From the NCBI GenBank assembly GCA_030704615.1, contig CM060733.1, forward strand, positions 64,480,001 through 64,544,000: DNA of 64,000 bases. The letters run 5' to 3'. Below the pieces are notes generated by a model. It worked only from the letters and a program-made list of their open reading frames with translations, was not told the DNA's origin and did not search any database. The position numbers and the translations under genes are program-made. This document shows positions 62,976-64,000 of this stretch, piece by piece (position 1 is the first letter of the stretch; every line of letters begins with the position of its first letter). This DNA comes from Takakia lepidozioides. Lineage: Eukaryota > Plantae > Bryophyta.

Positions 62976-63799
62976 CCTTGGCTTGCGGTCCCAACACAAT
63001 GGTACGCCCATCCTTTTCGGATCCTGTACTGCTACAAGTAGCTTTGACTCTGGCCACAGAAAGGTCCGACTTATGTCTTGCCTACCAGTAACCTGATTAA
63101 CTTGAACTAAGATAATACTATGTCATTCACTCGTGTTTCCACGTGCATGTATTTTTGTGTGTTGGAGGGTTCCTGTTTTTCTGCTCTCCCAAACTTTGCT
63201 TTCCTCATTCGACCCCCGGCAAGGAAATGCGGCGCCGCATTTCCAAGTAACGTCGTAGGTACTGGTAGATGCGGCATTCACCAACACCAAACTGCCTAGA
63301 AATTTCGCACGTGCGAACCCTAATGCGGCACCGCATTTCCTAGTTGAGTCGCAAAACTTTCCCGCCGAATACTGGAAGATGACAGAATTGTGCAGACTCT
63401 ATTGGTTCAGTCGCGGCAAAAGGGTCAGCTTCATTCCAATGTTAAGGCATGTAAAACCGCGGAATACTCTATACAGGCCAGTATGCGACGTCCTTTTGCC
63501 GTGGTATACTGGATTTCTCGTTGCACGGTCACTCATTTCCATGAGTGGATCTAAAAAACCATGAGCGGAGTTGTTACTGACGACATATCTTTGCCGCATT
63601 ACAGGATCTGTAACTTCCAAAAACGGCAAGGTCAAATATAAAACTATTATTTTAATACTTGTTTAATCTGCCGCATTTCCAAATTTGGAGGAGTCCGCTC
63701 ATGAAATCCGCGTGTCTTAGACTTCGGCTCACCGCTCATGCGGCTCATGCGGCTCATGGCTCATGGCTCATGGTTTCTGCTCATGAAATAGTAAACCTC

Positions 63800-64000
63800 A
63801 GTGTGTACCACACTATATAGGATGTTACCTGGCGAGGCTGAATGGCTCGAGGGCTGATAGCTTGTTGCCCAAATGTGGGTTGCCCTCTGAGATATTCTGG
63901 AATGCTCGGAGCCTTAGCTGCCCCCTCCAAGAAGGGCCATAAGCTGGTCAGAAGAAAATTATCATTGTGCGCCTCTACAGAATGACTTCTCCAAGGCAGT
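63800..64000 (-). repeat. Duplicated flank (3' end of the FCP1-like fragment)
   Basis: Nearly identical to 17772-17972. Confidence 0.9.

Larger units (their letters stand above)
57826..63799. mobile_element. Second copy of subfamily-B element (array + transposase + TIR), truncated within the array
   Basis: Near-identical to 11840-17771. Confidence 0.92.

Overview
Eukaryotic, transposon-dense heterochromatin-like DNA with spliceosomal introns, probably from a plant (a non-flowering land plant is my guess, not demonstrable here). No intact host gene is evident. The main feature is a family of large Mutator-like (MULE) DNA transposons present as 4-5 full or partial copies. The complete copy (26257-40175) has short imperfect TIRs and a 9-bp TSD AATCGAATT. 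It carries two divergent genes: (i) a DDE/SWIM MULE transposase with a GCM-like zinc domain, and (ii) a multi-exon cargo gene encoding a ParB/Sulfiredoxin-like domain (VWDGNHR) fused to a prokaryote-type beta-class N6A/N4C DNA methyltransferase fold (DIPDG ... ILDLTCGTG). Between the two genes, in introns of the cargo gene and near the ends lie dense arrays of a ~20-28-bp palindrome (GAAWTKCGGYRCCGMAWTTC) whose exact sequence is subfamily-specific. This looks like a candidate transposon-encoded self-recognition/epigenetic system. That MULE is nested in a Ty3/Gypsy LTR retrotransposon (22277-49217, TSD TACCT, extra ORFs either side of gag-pol), which is itself nested in an antisense relative. 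Also present: a >=6-kb segmental duplication breaking at a palindrome, a ~1.15-kb foldback inverted repeat split by a LINE fragment, a Penelope-like RT fragment, an FCP1-like fragment and a 500-N gap. Domain calls are from motif recognition by eye; no database searches were run.
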